IMG/VR virus record: IMGVR_UViG_3300012942_000041
Span: 18,480 to 82,479 of that record
Direction: 5' to 3' (one strand)
From: a virus
Lineage: Duplodnaviria; Caudoviricetes
DNA length: 64,000 bases
Shown here: positions 1-9,788 of the stretch, in pieces
Numbering within the stretch: the first letter of the stretch is position 1
Layout: each line of letters begins with the position of its first letter
Notes under the pieces: generated by a model
The model's input: only the letters and a program-made list of their open reading frames with translations
Told to the model about the DNA's origin: nothing
Databases searched by the model: none
Translations under genes and position numbers: made by a program

Positions 1-245
1 CAGCGGCCACAGGTCTTGATGAACGCGGCGAACCCGCAAGCGGTGCAACGCCAGCCGCCGCGGGTCCGGCCGCCGAGGTTCGCGGGAAACGCGCCCATCT
101 CCCGCAGAGCCCGCGCATGCCGCGGGTTGTCGACGGTGACGGTGCCGTCCCGCCCCGGGGTGTAGGAGCCGAGGCGGGCGCCGGTACGGGCGCCCTCGAT
201 GTCCACGCCGCGAACGGCTCCGTCAGGCAGGCACATCCGCGCCAT
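1..245 (-). CDS. Phage protein with C-terminal CxxC motifs (partial, runs off left edge)
   Basis: Own translation MARMCLPDGAVRG...WRCTACGFAAFIKTCGR; AAGGAG RBS; directly downstream of capsid gene. Confidence 0.7.
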   Translation of the reverse strand, partial: MARMCLPDGAVRGVDIEGARTGARLGSYTPGRDGTVTVDNPRHARALREMGAFPANLGGRTRGGWRCTACGFAAFIKTCGR

Positions 246-278
246 ATCGAAGCTCCTTCCAAGAGGGGCACACGGGCA

Positions 279-311
279 GGGGCCCGCGCCCAGAACATGA
301 GCGCGGGCCCC
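279..311 (-). terminator. Stem-loop after major capsid gene
   Basis: GGGGCCCGCGC-N11-GCGCGGGCCCC. Confidence 0.6.
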
Positions 312-321
312 CGAGGGGCTG

Positions 322-2040
322 CTAGGCGGCCTTGATGCCGGTGATCGCGCCGTTCCACGCCGGCGCGTAGCACACGAAGGTGCCGAACCAGTAGGACGAG
401 GACTCGTAGGCGAACTGGGTGACGGGCCAGTCGACGCCCATGAGGTCCTGCACGTTGTACACGGCCCACACGTCGGAGACCTGCGAGTCCGGGATCGGCA
501 GGGTGTCCGACAGGATCGGCGCGGTGCCCTGCGGCAGCCACGGGTGGACCTCGACGGCGACGCCCTTGCCGGTGACCTCGTTGACGATGGTGTTCACGAT
601 GTCGCCGAGGGTCACCCCGGAGACTTCGTCCTGCGTCACGGTCAGCCGGTAGTTGCTGGAGCTGTTGCGCTTCAGCGCCTCCGAGAGCTGCTTGCGGTCC
701 GAGCCGTTCAGCAGCGTGCGGTCCGGGTCGGCCTTCACCGACTGGTACAGCGCCGCGAACGCCGTCTGCCACTCCGAGCCCGGCGAGCTCGTGTCCAGCG
801 CCGCGTTGATTCGGTTGACGTACCCGGAGTTCGCTCCGGTCACGATCGGCACGATGCCGTCGTAGCCGTTCGCGTAGGCCGACGTGTCCCCGGTGACCGT
901 GGACGCGGCGATGCCAGAGGTCGGCAGCGCGCCCTGGATGGTGAAGGTGTTGTAGCCCGACCGGCCCACGTAGAACCGGGACGCGTCACCGGGGTCGGAG
1001 GAACCGGTGGACACGTACACGCGCACGCCCAGCGCACCCGCCGGCAGCACGCAGGTGACATCGACGACCTGCCCCGCGGACACTGCGACGGTCGCGGCGG
1101 ACGACAGCACGGACTGCCCGAAGTCACCCGCGTCGCTGGTGACCTTCACGTACACGTTCGCGCCGTTGCCGGAGATCCCGGTCTCGCCGGCCGCGGCCGA
1201 GCGGGCGGTGGCGGTGACGGAGGTCGGGGCCGCGAGCGCACCCGAGAACCCGGCGGCGGTGCCGCGGCCCATGAGGAGCATGCGCTCCTCCAGCAGCATG
1301 CTGGAGTACAGCAGGCTCGTGCGGGACAGCTGCCGGATGTCCTGGTAGCCCTGCCCGGCGTACTGCGCGGACCAGGTCACCTGGTCGGAGACCGAGAACT
1401 GCGCGTAGGGCACGGTCTGGTCGTCGCCCGCGTAGCTGATCTTCGGACCGCGCGCGTAGTACAGGCTGTTGCTCGCGCCCTGCGGCGCGAAGTTCGTCTG
1501 CGTCGAGTCCTGGATGCCCGGGTGGATGTTGCCGACACCGCCGGTGCCGGTACCGGTGAACCCGGTGATCCGCTTGAAGCGGTGCGACAGACCCACGCCC
1601 TTACGGCGCGCGATCCGGTTCCGCAGCGGCGTCGGACGCGGCGTCAGCATCTTCGCCGGCGCCTCCAGGTCGAACGCGACCAGGCCCTGGCCCACCGGGG
1701 AGGTGGTGGAGATGTCCTTGACCAGGTCCGGCTGCTGCGCCTTCAGCTCCTCCAGCGCCCCGCTGATCGACGCCATGGACTCCGGGGAGAGGCCCTTGGT
1801 GAGCTCCGGTGCGCCGAGCGCCTTCGTCAGCGCGCCGTAGGCGCTGGTGGGCTGCGGGGTGAAGTCGATGCCGTGCCCGGCGCTGAACGCCTCGGTGACC
1901 TCGCCGGCGCCGAGGACGCGCTCGGGCGCGCGGTCGATGGCCCGCATGAGTTCGTCGAAGCGGCGGGATGCCTCGGCCTTGCTCAGGACCGGCGCGTCGG
2001 GGCGCTCCCCGAACAGGGTGTTGATGTTGGGCAGAGCCAT
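322..2040 (-). CDS. Major capsid protein
   Basis: 572 aa from MALPNIN; AFDLEAPAKMLTP.PTPLRNRI.R.KG motif seen in phage capsid proteins; position after protease/scaffold; GAGGAG RBS. Confidence 0.85.
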   Translation of the reverse strand: MALPNINTLFGERPDAPVLSKAEASRRFDELMRAIDRAPERVLGAGEVTEAFSAGHGIDFTPQPTSAYGALTKALGAPELTKGLSPESMASISGALEELKAQQPDLVKDISTTSPVGQGLVAFDLEAPAKMLTPRPTPLRNRIARRKGVGLSHRFKRITGFTGTGTGGVGNIHPGIQDSTQTNFAPQGASNSLYYARGPKISYAGDDQTVPYAQFSVSDQVTWSAQYAGQGYQDIRQLSRTSLLYSSMLLEERMLLMGRGTAAGFSGALAAPTSVTATARSAAAGETGISGNGANVYVKVTSDAGDFGQSVLSSAATVAVSAGQVVDVTCVLPAGALGVRVYVSTGSSDPGDASRFYVGRSGYNTFTIQGALPTSGIAASTVTGDTSAYANGYDGIVPIVTGANSGYVNRINAALDTSSPGSEWQTAFAALYQSVKADPDRTLLNGSDRKQLSEALKRNSSSNYRLTVTQDEVSGVTLGDIVNTIVNEVTGKGVAVEVHPWLPQGTAPILSDTLPIPDSQVSDVWAVYNVQDLMGVDWPVTQFAYESSSYWFGTFVCYAPAWNGAITGIKAA

Positions 2041-2067
2041 CGGGCCTGCCCTCCTCTCATGACGAAA

Positions 2068-2092
2068 CCCCGCACCGATATGCGGCACGGGG
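2068..2092 (-). terminator. Stem-loop between scaffold and capsid genes
   Basis: Minus strand CCCCGTGCCG-CATAT-CGGTGCGGGG-TTTC. Confidence 0.5.
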
Positions 2093-2129
2093 CGTGAACG
2101 GATAGTCAGTCAGGGGACGGGGCAGGGGG

Positions 2130-3956
2130 TTAGGCGTCGGCCTTCGCGTACAGGTCGCGGGCGCGCTCGCGGTACCCCTCCCGCAGATCGCGGTCCTCCA
2201 CGCGCTCGGCCTTGACCATGAGCGCGTCCGCCTCGGCCCGCAGACGGTCCGCGTCGCTCTTACGCGCCACGGCCTCCTGCTGGCTGGTACGGGTCAGGAC
2301 CGGGCCGCCCGGCTGCGGCATCGCACGGAACTCTTCGATCGCGGCCTGCGCCTTCGCCAGGTCCGCCGCGAGCGCCTCAGCGCGCTCCTCTGCGACGGCA
2401 CGGGCCTGTGCGACCTCGGCCTTGACCAGTTCCGCGACATCCGCCTTCGTCAGCAGCACCTCGCCGTCGTCGGCCTTCGACGCGGTCTTCGCGGGCGTCT
2501 TCTTGTTGCTGGGCTTGTCCTCGTCGGAGGCGTCGTCCTCGTCGTCCTCGTCGGAGTCGTCGGCGGGCTTCTTCTTGAACGGCGGCGCCAGCTTCCCGCC
2601 GTCCTTCCCCTCGCCCTTGGCGAGGTCCGCCTCGCCGTCCGCCAGGCACAGCGCGTCGGCGGCCTCACCGGCGGCCTGCTCGGCTTCACGCTGCTTGAAC
2701 CACGCCAGGCTGCGGACGGCATCGAGGAGGAGGCTGATGTCCATGGCCTCCTCCATGCGGCCGGTCGCGAGCTCCTCGGCCTCGGAGATGATCAGCCGGG
2801 CGATCGCCGCGATCGCAGACGAGGCGTTGTCGATGTCCGCCGTCTCGTCCGCGTCCTCGCCGGTGCCGTCAGCGTCCTCCACATCCGCCCCGTCGCCGTC
2901 GTCGGCCTTGGCGAGCTCGGGGGCGAGCTCGCGGGCCTGACGCAGGATCTCCTCGGCCTTCGCTACCACGTCGTCCGTCTTCGCGGTGTCCTTCACCGAG
3001 CCGTCCGCGTTCCAGTTGTCGGGCACCATGGCCTCCAGTCCGAGGGCCTTCGCCCGCGTGATGATGTGCTTCCGAATCGCGTCGTGATCACCGTTGCCCC
3101 GGCCGACCGCGCGGATCGCCTTCCGCAGATCCGCCTTCGACTCGATCGGGTACGAGCCGTCCGGCATCGCAGCCCCCGACGCTGCGGCCTTCCGCCGGCC
3201 CTCGGCGGACAGGTCCGCCTTGTCCACGTGGGGGGCGACGGTGACGTTCACCAGCACCGGCAGCGGGCCGTCGGCGTCATCGGCCTTCGCGACCTCGGCT
3301 TCGACCTGGGCGCCGCCTGCGGCGAGGGCCGCGAGCGCGTCCTTCACCGGAGCGGCGAGGCGGTCGTACAGCTCGGAGGGGAGACCGTAGGTGTCAGAAC
3401 CGTCGGCCTTGCTCATGTCGCCGTCGACACGGACCAGCGCCGGGGACTCGACTGGCTGGAGGTCGCCGGCACTGTCGGCCTTGGCGAGCGGGATCTCCCA
3501 GTGATCCTGGATCGTGGCGGTGCTCAGGCACGGCACATCGACCAGGCTGGTCTCGCAGATCCGGCCGTCGGTGATCAGGCCGCGCGGCGCGTCGGCCTTG
3601 GTGTAGTCCAGGCGGGGGCCCTTGATGCCGATGGAGAACCCGGTGAGGATGCCTTCCTCGACCTTCTCCACGGCCTCTCGGTCGACAATCTTCGCGCCGA
3701 TGTACCAGCCGTCGGACTTCTCCTCCAGCTCGACGGCCTTCCCCACCGCGCGACGGTGGTCGTGGCCCTCACGAATGTTGCCCCTTGTAAACCATTCTGG
3801 GACCGAGGTTTTCAACCACGTAGGGTCCATGGCCTGCTGATCACGGTCCACATCCGGGCCGGTGATCTTGCCGTAGACGTAGAGGTGTCCGGTCTTCGGG
3901 TCACGCTCCCGCTTGGTGATCGGAGCGAACACATCCAGCCGGGCGGGAGCGGTCAT
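2130..3956 (-). CDS. Prohead protease / scaffold fusion
   Basis: From MTAPARLDV; N-terminal GNIREGH...AVGK...LTGFSIG...ETSLVDVP prohead-protease-like motifs; acidic helical C-terminus. Confidence 0.8.
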   Translation of the reverse strand: MTAPARLDVFAPITKRERDPKTGHLYVYGKITGPDVDRDQQAMDPTWLKTSVPEWFTRGNIREGHDHRRAVGKAVELEEKSDGWYIGAKIVDREAVEKVEEGILTGFSIGIKGPRLDYTKADAPRGLITDGRICETSLVDVPCLSTATIQDHWEIPLAKADSAGDLQPVESPALVRVDGDMSKADGSDTYGLPSELYDRLAAPVKDALAALAAGGAQVEAEVAKADDADGPLPVLVNVTVAPHVDKADLSAEGRRKAAASGAAMPDGSYPIESKADLRKAIRAVGRGNGDHDAIRKHIITRAKALGLEAMVPDNWNADGSVKDTAKTDDVVAKAEEILRQARELAPELAKADDGDGADVEDADGTGEDADETADIDNASSAIAAIARLIISEAEELATGRMEEAMDISLLLDAVRSLAWFKQREAEQAAGEAADALCLADGEADLAKGEGKDGGKLAPPFKKKPADDSDEDDEDDASDEDKPSNKKTPAKTASKADDGEVLLTKADVAELVKAEVAQARAVAEERAEALAADLAKAQAAIEEFRAMPQPGGPVLTRTSQQEAVARKSDADRLRAEADALMVKAERVEDRDLREGYRERARDLYAKADA

Positions 3957-3980
3957 CACGAAACCCCTTCCAGGCATGCA

Positions 3981-4007
3981 GAAGGGCCGCCCAGCGGACG
4001 GCCCTTC
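3981..4007 (-). terminator. Stem-loop after EndoVII gene
   Basis: GAAGGGCCG...CGGCCCTTC inverted repeat. Confidence 0.6.
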
Positions 4008-4021
4008 GTTGACGGCAGCGG

Positions 4022-4963
4022 CTACGCCGCGGCTCGCTTCAAGTACTCGATCGCGGCCAACAGCCGGCCCGGATCGTCTTTGAACTGCCCCAGCCCGACG
4101 TTGCACCGACTGCACAGCAGCCCGCGAATCCGGTTCGAAGTGTGGCAGTGGTCGACATGGAGACGCTTCTTCGGCGCCTCCTCTTCGGGAGCCCCGCAGA
4201 TGGCACACCGGCCGCCCTGCTGCTCCCGCAGGTCCGCCACCGTCTGCTCCACCCACTGGGCCCGGCTCAGACGCCTCGCGTTGGCCTCCTGCCGGTAGTC
4301 CGGGTAGCAGTCCTGGCAGTAGCCCGTCGTGTTGTAGAACGCCGTGCGCGGGAGGGTCTGCTGGCAGCCCTTGCACGTCCGGTGCGTCGCACGCTCCGGC
4401 GTGCGAGGGTCAGTGCTGCCCCACTTGTACCAGCGGCGGACGTGCATCCCGCACCACCCGCGGGACTTCACCGGGTTCTCGCACCCCTCGACCGCGCAGG
4501 ACAGCAGCGGCTCCGGCGCCGGGTCGTCAGTGGTCCCCCAAGTGCGCAGCCGGTGGTAGTGGCGCAGGCACAGGCCCTTGGCGTGCTTCCTGGTCTCGCA
4601 GCCGTCCACCGAGCACGGGCCCCAGCTCTTGCGCTGTTCGATGCGGTAGTGCCGATCGCACATGCCCGTCTTGGTGGCGGGCGCCTCGCAGTCTTCGACG
4701 GAACACGGTCCCTCGTTGATGAGGACTCGGCCGCCCTTCGTCGGATCGCCGCTGACCCGCCACCGGCGGTAGTGCGTCTGGCACCAGCCGCGGGTCACCG
4801 CTGCCTTGCCGCAGTCGGCGACGCTGCAAGGGGTGAGCTCGGGGAGCGGCTTGGTGTACTCGGGGTCGCCGTGGGTGCGCCAGCGCGTGTAGTGCTTGGT
4901 GCACCAGCCACGGGCCAGCGCGGGAGAGGTGCAGCCGTCGATGCTGCATGTAGCCTTGGGCAT
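4022..4963 (-). CDS. Endonuclease VII-family (homing-type) endonuclease with tandem Zn-finger repeats
   Basis: Five CSxxxC...GxCxxH repeats; C-terminal CAIC...LHVDHCH...RGLLCSRCN. Confidence 0.85.
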   Translation of the reverse strand: MPKATCSIDGCTSPALARGWCTKHYTRWRTHGDPEYTKPLPELTPCSVADCGKAAVTRGWCQTHYRRWRVSGDPTKGGRVLINEGPCSVEDCEAPATKTGMCDRHYRIEQRKSWGPCSVDGCETRKHAKGLCLRHYHRLRTWGTTDDPAPEPLLSCAVEGCENPVKSRGWCGMHVRRWYKWGSTDPRTPERATHRTCKGCQQTLPRTAFYNTTGYCQDCYPDYRQEANARRLSRAQWVEQTVADLREQQGGRCAICGAPEEEAPKKRLHVDHCHTSNRIRGLLCSRCNVGLGQFKDDPGRLLAAIEYLKRAAA

Positions 4964-4992
4964 GTCGTTTCCGCTCACGTCGGATTCGGCGC

Positions 4993-5045
4993 GCCCCGCC
5001 AGTGTTCCTGCACTGGCGGGGCACCTTGTTTCTGCCCCAATTGTA
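4993..5045 (-). promoter_or_regulatory. TACAAT -10 box and 12-bp stem-loop upstream of the endonuclease gene
   Basis: TACAAT at 5045-5040; GCCCCGCCAGTG-N6-CACTGGCGGGGC at 4993-5022. Confidence 0.5.
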
Positions 5046-5077
5046 CCGGCTGTCATGGCACTTGACGTCGCGTTTTG

Positions 5078-7732
5078 CTACGCGGGCGTCATGTGGCAGC
5101 GGCAGCGCGGGTGCGCGGGCGGGCCGACCGAGCCGTCGGGGAACGCGGCGCCGACCGTCAACGCCCCAGCCGTCTCGTTGCCGAGGCAGGCGGGGCAGGC
5201 GCCGGGCTCGGTCACCCACCGCCACACGGTCACACCCGTGCTGGTGTAGGCCTGCCGGGTGGCTTCCGTAGCGAGCCGCACCAGCTCCGTCAGGCACGTC
5301 ATCCGCGCCCACGACCCATCGGTGAGGGCCTGCCGCAGCGACCGTGCGAGCTGCGCGGCGGTGACCTTGCCGGTGCGGGCGGCGGCCAGCACCCGAGCGA
5401 GGACGGTCTCGCGACCTCGGGCGAGGTCGTCGACCAGCGACGCGGAGGCGTCGGTGACGCGCTGCAGCGCCTCCCGGTCCGCCTCGGTCAAGGCGCCGAG
5501 CGCCCCTTGGGTGTCGCCGGGCCGCCACGCGAACCGCCCGGGCTGGCCGGCCGTGTGGGCGCGGGCGCTGACCGCGCCGATCACGTACCCCTCCGCCCAC
5601 ACCCCGGCGAGGACCGGGCCGATCGCCGCGGCGAGAGGCAGGCCGGCGGCGGTGAGGAACGCGGCGGCGAACGCCACCGCCCACTCCTGCGCCTCATCGT
5701 CGTCCTGCTGCGGCGGCGCCGGGGCCCGGGGTTCGTCGGCTTTCACCAACTCCCGGGCCAGCCACCTGCGAGCCAACTCGTCGCACTCCACCGTCTCGGC
5801 GAGCGCCCGGGCAAGACGCCGCGCCCACACCTCGGCGGTGTCCTCGTCACGCTCCCAGCCCGCCCAGAAGGCCGGGCCCGGGGCTTTTGGGCCCGCACCC
5901 ACCACCTCACCGCCGGCGAACACCACCGGCGCGTCCGCGAGGTCCGGCGCATCCGCCTTGGTGACGTGCACGAACTCGAACGGCCGCCGCGGGTTCGGGT
6001 TCTTCCGCGCCCACCGGTGATACGCCGCGAGCTCCGCCTTCACCGCCTGCGCCGACTCATCCGTGTCGTTGCGCGATTGGTCCGCGCCGTCGGCGGCCGG
6101 CTGCTCGCCGGGCGGCTGACCGGCCGCAGGGGCCTGCGGCGGCACCACCATCGTCCCGGCCGGCGCCAGCTTCGACGCCCCGTCCAGGAACACCAGGCCG
6201 CGCTGACCGAAGTAGATCGGCATGTCGGCCTCGGGGAACGCATACCGGGGCATGCCCATGCGGTCCCGGTCCTGGTTCAAGGTCATCCGCCCGGTAGCGA
6301 CCCTCGCCGCGGCGACCGCGTCGGCGGCGGCCTCGTCCTCGTCCTCCAGACCGAGGAACCGGAACTCCAGCTCCGGCGGCATGCCGAGGTGCTGGCGAGA
6401 GATCGCAGTGATGAGCTGCTGCAGCCACCGCACCGTCGGCAGCGTGCCCTTGCGCTGCTGCACGTCGGCCTGGCCCTCATGCCACCCCGACGCACCCAGG
6501 CCGCCCGGCTCGGTGAACCCGAGCTCGGCGATGGTCACGTCGAAGTGCGACGCGATCTGCTTGATCAGGAACAGGTCGTAGTCCGGGCGGTACTTCTCCC
6601 CGAACTCCGACATCTGCTGCAGATCGAACCCCGGCGGCAGCACCCGCAGCCGGTGACGCGCCGCCGACTGCCCGGCGTAGGCGTCGTTCAGGATCCGCTC
6701 GTACTCCTGCGTCTGCTGCGGCGTCCACCCCGCCTCGCCGGTGTTCCGCAGCAACCCCGTCGGGACGGTGCCTTCGGTGTACTCGTCCCGGATCCACTTG
6801 CGGCGGCGCAGCCACACGTCGATGTCTTCGAGGGCCTGTTCCACCGCGGAGTAGCCGTACTGGGTTTCCGCGCGGACGTTCCGCCGCTTGTAGATCAGCC
6901 TGTCGGAACGGTACCCGTTGATGATCGAGCCGTCCGCGTCGGTGTCGGCAACGAACTCGCCTCGGGGAAAGCCCCACAGGATCTGCTGGTAGGCGGGCTG
7001 CGGCGGCTGCGGCCGTCCACCGGTGCTGTCCCGCAGCGGCTTGATGGTCGAGCCGTCGAGGATCTCCAGGGAGAACAGGTCCCCGCCGTAGGTGTACCGG
7101 GGGTAGATCGCAACCGCGTCGAGGACGAGGTGCTCTTCGAGGAGCTTGGACGTCCACTCAGCGAACGACTCGCCTTCGCGGGGGTTCGGCTGCTGCCAGA
7201 ACGCCTCACAGCGGGCGATCTGCGGCCCCAACCGGTCCCGCAGCGCCGCCTCCACCTCCGACCGGGACGCGTCCGGGGCGGCGGCCTGCGCCGCCTCAAC
7301 GGCACCGGGGGAGATCGTCACGGTCCAGTCGAGGGTCGCGACTTCGGCCTTGCGGATCTCGATACACCGCCGCGGCAGACCCCCGGCGGACGCCGCGTCC
7401 CGCAGCACCTTCCACGGCACCAACCGGTCGGTGACGCCCGGGAGGTTGGAGCTGACCGGGTACTCGGTCAGGCGCGGCTCCGGCCGGCCCGAGTCCGGGC
7501 GGACGGGGGCGATGGGCGCGGGGATGAGCGGCACGCCGGGCCCGAACGCGACCTGGGGGTCGGTGCGGGGCAGCGGGTTGATGACTCCGGTGACCTGGGG
7601 TGCGACGGCGACGGACCCGAGGAGCGCCGCGACCTGGCTCGCGCTGAACGCGGTGCCGCCCTCGGGGGTGGCGGCCTTGGTGGTGTCGGGGTCGACGCGG
7701 CGGAACATGCGGGGCAGGGACCAGCGCACCAC
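5078..7732 (-). CDS. Portal protein fused to MuF-like minor head protein
   Basis: Portal-like DGSTIKP, YGYSAVE, TLNQDR motifs; C-terminal CPAC...PPAHPRCRC of Phage_Mu_F. Confidence 0.85.
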   Translation of the reverse strand: MVRWSLPRMFRRVDPDTTKAATPEGGTAFSASQVAALLGSVAVAPQVTGVINPLPRTDPQVAFGPGVPLIPAPIAPVRPDSGRPEPRLTEYPVSSNLPGVTDRLVPWKVLRDAASAGGLPRRCIEIRKAEVATLDWTVTISPGAVEAAQAAAPDASRSEVEAALRDRLGPQIARCEAFWQQPNPREGESFAEWTSKLLEEHLVLDAVAIYPRYTYGGDLFSLEILDGSTIKPLRDSTGGRPQPPQPAYQQILWGFPRGEFVADTDADGSIINGYRSDRLIYKRRNVRAETQYGYSAVEQALEDIDVWLRRRKWIRDEYTEGTVPTGLLRNTGEAGWTPQQTQEYERILNDAYAGQSAARHRLRVLPPGFDLQQMSEFGEKYRPDYDLFLIKQIASHFDVTIAELGFTEPGGLGASGWHEGQADVQQRKGTLPTVRWLQQLITAISRQHLGMPPELEFRFLGLEDEDEAAADAVAAARVATGRMTLNQDRDRMGMPRYAFPEADMPIYFGQRGLVFLDGASKLAPAGTMVVPPQAPAAGQPPGEQPAADGADQSRNDTDESAQAVKAELAAYHRWARKNPNPRRPFEFVHVTKADAPDLADAPVVFAGGEVVGAGPKAPGPAFWAGWERDEDTAEVWARRLARALAETVECDELARRWLARELVKADEPRAPAPPQQDDDEAQEWAVAFAAAFLTAAGLPLAAAIGPVLAGVWAEGYVIGAVSARAHTAGQPGRFAWRPGDTQGALGALTEADREALQRVTDASASLVDDLARGRETVLARVLAAARTGKVTAAQLARSLRQALTDGSWARMTCLTELVRLATEATRQAYTSTGVTVWRWVTEPGACPACLGNETAGALTVGAAFPDGSVGPPAHPRCRCHMTPA

Positions 7733-7749
7733 AGCACCCCCTCGTTGGT

Positions 7750-9255
7750 TTATGCGGCGGTGAATCCGCGCAGCCACTCCATCGCCGACTCAGCCGACCC
7801 CTGGCCGCCGAGCATGCGGTGCAGGGCCTGGGTGGTGGCGTCGACCTGGTCGTCGTGCGCCCCGTTGGGGAACGCCTGGTGTTCGGTCACGTACTCGTCC
7901 ACCCACGGCGCGAGGGCGGGGTCGGGGATGTGGACGTTGCCTGCCTCGACGAACGGGGCGACCGCTGAGGCGCGGGCGTACTTGGAGTCCTTCGGCGTGA
8001 TCGGCACCAGGCCCGGCACGGTGCTGCGCAGCTGGGCGATGACGGCGGGGCCGTTGGCCTTGTCCTCCACGAGCTTCGCGTGGGCCTGCGGCCACCGCTG
8101 CGCCAACGCCATCAGGGCGCGGCAGGTCGCGGGGAAGTCCAGCCGATCCCGAACCTGATCCAACAGGTACACGTCGGCGCCGCGCCGCGCCCACACCTGC
8201 CCCACCACAAAGTCCGAGCCCTTGGTGTCCTTGAACGCGAGGTCCCACGACATGACGACCTCGTCCGCCGACACCACCCACATCGACCCGTCATCACGCC
8301 GCTCCGCCAGCGGAGTCGAATACCACCGCCAGTGCGAACGCTTGAACAGACCGCCCTCCGCCGGGGCCGGGCGGCCCTGATACAGCGCCGTCCACGTCCG
8401 CGACCCAACGTCGCGTTTCGTGGCTTCCCAATCCGCTGTCGTGCGGCCACGCGCGGACACCAGGAACTCACCCGGCGACCGACCCAACGGGTCATCATCA
8501 GACTCGGCCTGCGCCGGCACGTTGACGTACCGCCACTCCGAAGCCGACGGACCGGTGAGGAGGCGCCCGGTCAGATCGTCCTCGTGCCAACGGGTCTGGA
8601 TCACCACCTGCGGCGCACCCGGCGACAACCGGGTGCGGGCGACGTCGGTGTACCAGTCCCAGCAACGATCCCGGTACACCTGCGAATCCGCCTCCGCGCG
8701 GCCCTTCAAGGGGTCGTCGACGATGAGGACGTCCACGGGCCTGCCGGTGAGCGCGCCGCCGATGCCGACGGAGTAGACGCCGCCGCGGTGTCCGTCGAGT
8801 TGCCACTCGTGGGCGGCGGAGGTGTCCGCGCGGACAGTGAGACCGAGTTCGGGGTGTTCGGCGATGTCGTTGCGGATCGACCGGCCCCAACGCCGGGCGA
8901 CGCCGGCCTCGTAGGACACGATCGCGATCCGCAGGTCGGGGTCACGGGTGAGAAGCCACAGCGGAAACACCCGGCTCGTCCTGACCGACTTGCCCTCCTG
9001 CGGAGGCATCGACCAGGCGAGGCGCTGACACGAACCGTCCGCGATCTCGGCGAGGTTCGCGTCCAGCAGGTCCAGGGCGGTGGTCTGCACGGTCGTCGGG
9101 TCGAGATGGCGGGCGAGCGCCGCCGGGGTGTCCCAGCGGGCGATGCTGGGGGCGCGCCGCTGCTTGAGGTGCTGGACTTCCTCGGTGAGCCGACGGAGCT
9201 GCCGGAGGGCTTCGAGTTTGGCCTCGATCAGGGGAGCAACAGAGTCGACGGCCAC
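7750..9255 (-). CDS. terL: Terminase large subunit
   Basis: Walker A PPQEGKS, IVDDPLK, QTRWHEDD, nuclease SWD...FPNGAHDDQVDA. Confidence 0.95.
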   Translation of the reverse strand: MAVDSVAPLIEAKLEALRQLRRLTEEVQHLKQRRAPSIARWDTPAALARHLDPTTVQTTALDLLDANLAEIADGSCQRLAWSMPPQEGKSVRTSRVFPLWLLTRDPDLRIAIVSYEAGVARRWGRSIRNDIAEHPELGLTVRADTSAAHEWQLDGHRGGVYSVGIGGALTGRPVDVLIVDDPLKGRAEADSQVYRDRCWDWYTDVARTRLSPGAPQVVIQTRWHEDDLTGRLLTGPSASEWRYVNVPAQAESDDDPLGRSPGEFLVSARGRTTADWEATKRDVGSRTWTALYQGRPAPAEGGLFKRSHWRWYSTPLAERRDDGSMWVVSADEVVMSWDLAFKDTKGSDFVVGQVWARRGADVYLLDQVRDRLDFPATCRALMALAQRWPQAHAKLVEDKANGPAVIAQLRSTVPGLVPITPKDSKYARASAVAPFVEAGNVHIPDPALAPWVDEYVTEHQAFPNGAHDDQVDATTQALHRMLGGQGSAESAMEWLRGFTAA

Positions 9256-9257
9256 CG

Positions 9258-9782
9258 CTACACGATCCCGGGCTCCGCAGCCTCCTCGGACTGGAGGGCT
9301 TCGAGTTGGCCGGTGAGCTCGCGGATCTGCGCGTCGATCGCGTCGATGGTCTGCAGCTCGATCTTCTGCGGCGCGTCCAGGCCGAGGAGCTTGGCGCGGC
9401 GGTCGCTGATGCGGGTCAGCCGGTCGATCGCGCCCAGCGTCGGCCCGGCGTCGATCAGCGGCTCCCCGGTGGTGGGGTCCTCAGCCACCCGGCCGGAGGC
9501 GGACACGTGGTAGTGCACCCGGTGCAGCACCCGCACGGCGTGGGCGGTGAGGTCGTCCAGGCGCAGCAGCTCAGCGCGCCGGTACTCCTCCAGCGACATG
9601 CGCTCCTCAGCGACGTACTGCTGCATCGCCCGCTGGAAGTCCTTGGTGGCGGCGCCACGGGAGGCGTAGCCGAGCTCTTCGTAGATGTCGTCGAAGCGGG
9701 CACCGGCGAGGCGTGCCTGGACGAGCTTGGTGCGGCGGACGGCGACTTGAGCCTTCTTGGCTGCGGAAGCGGGCATGACCAC
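9258..9782 (-). CDS. terS: Terminase small subunit (putative)
   Basis: N-terminal HTH-like region, RRAKLLGLDAP motif, directly upstream of terL. Confidence 0.75.
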   Translation of the reverse strand: MVMPASAAKKAQVAVRRTKLVQARLAGARFDDIYEELGYASRGAATKDFQRAMQQYVAEERMSLEEYRRAELLRLDDLTAHAVRVLHRVHYHVSASGRVAEDPTTGEPLIDAGPTLGAIDRLTRISDRRAKLLGLDAPQKIELQTIDAIDAQIRELTGQLEALQSEEAAEPGIV

Positions 9783-9788
9783 ACCCCC

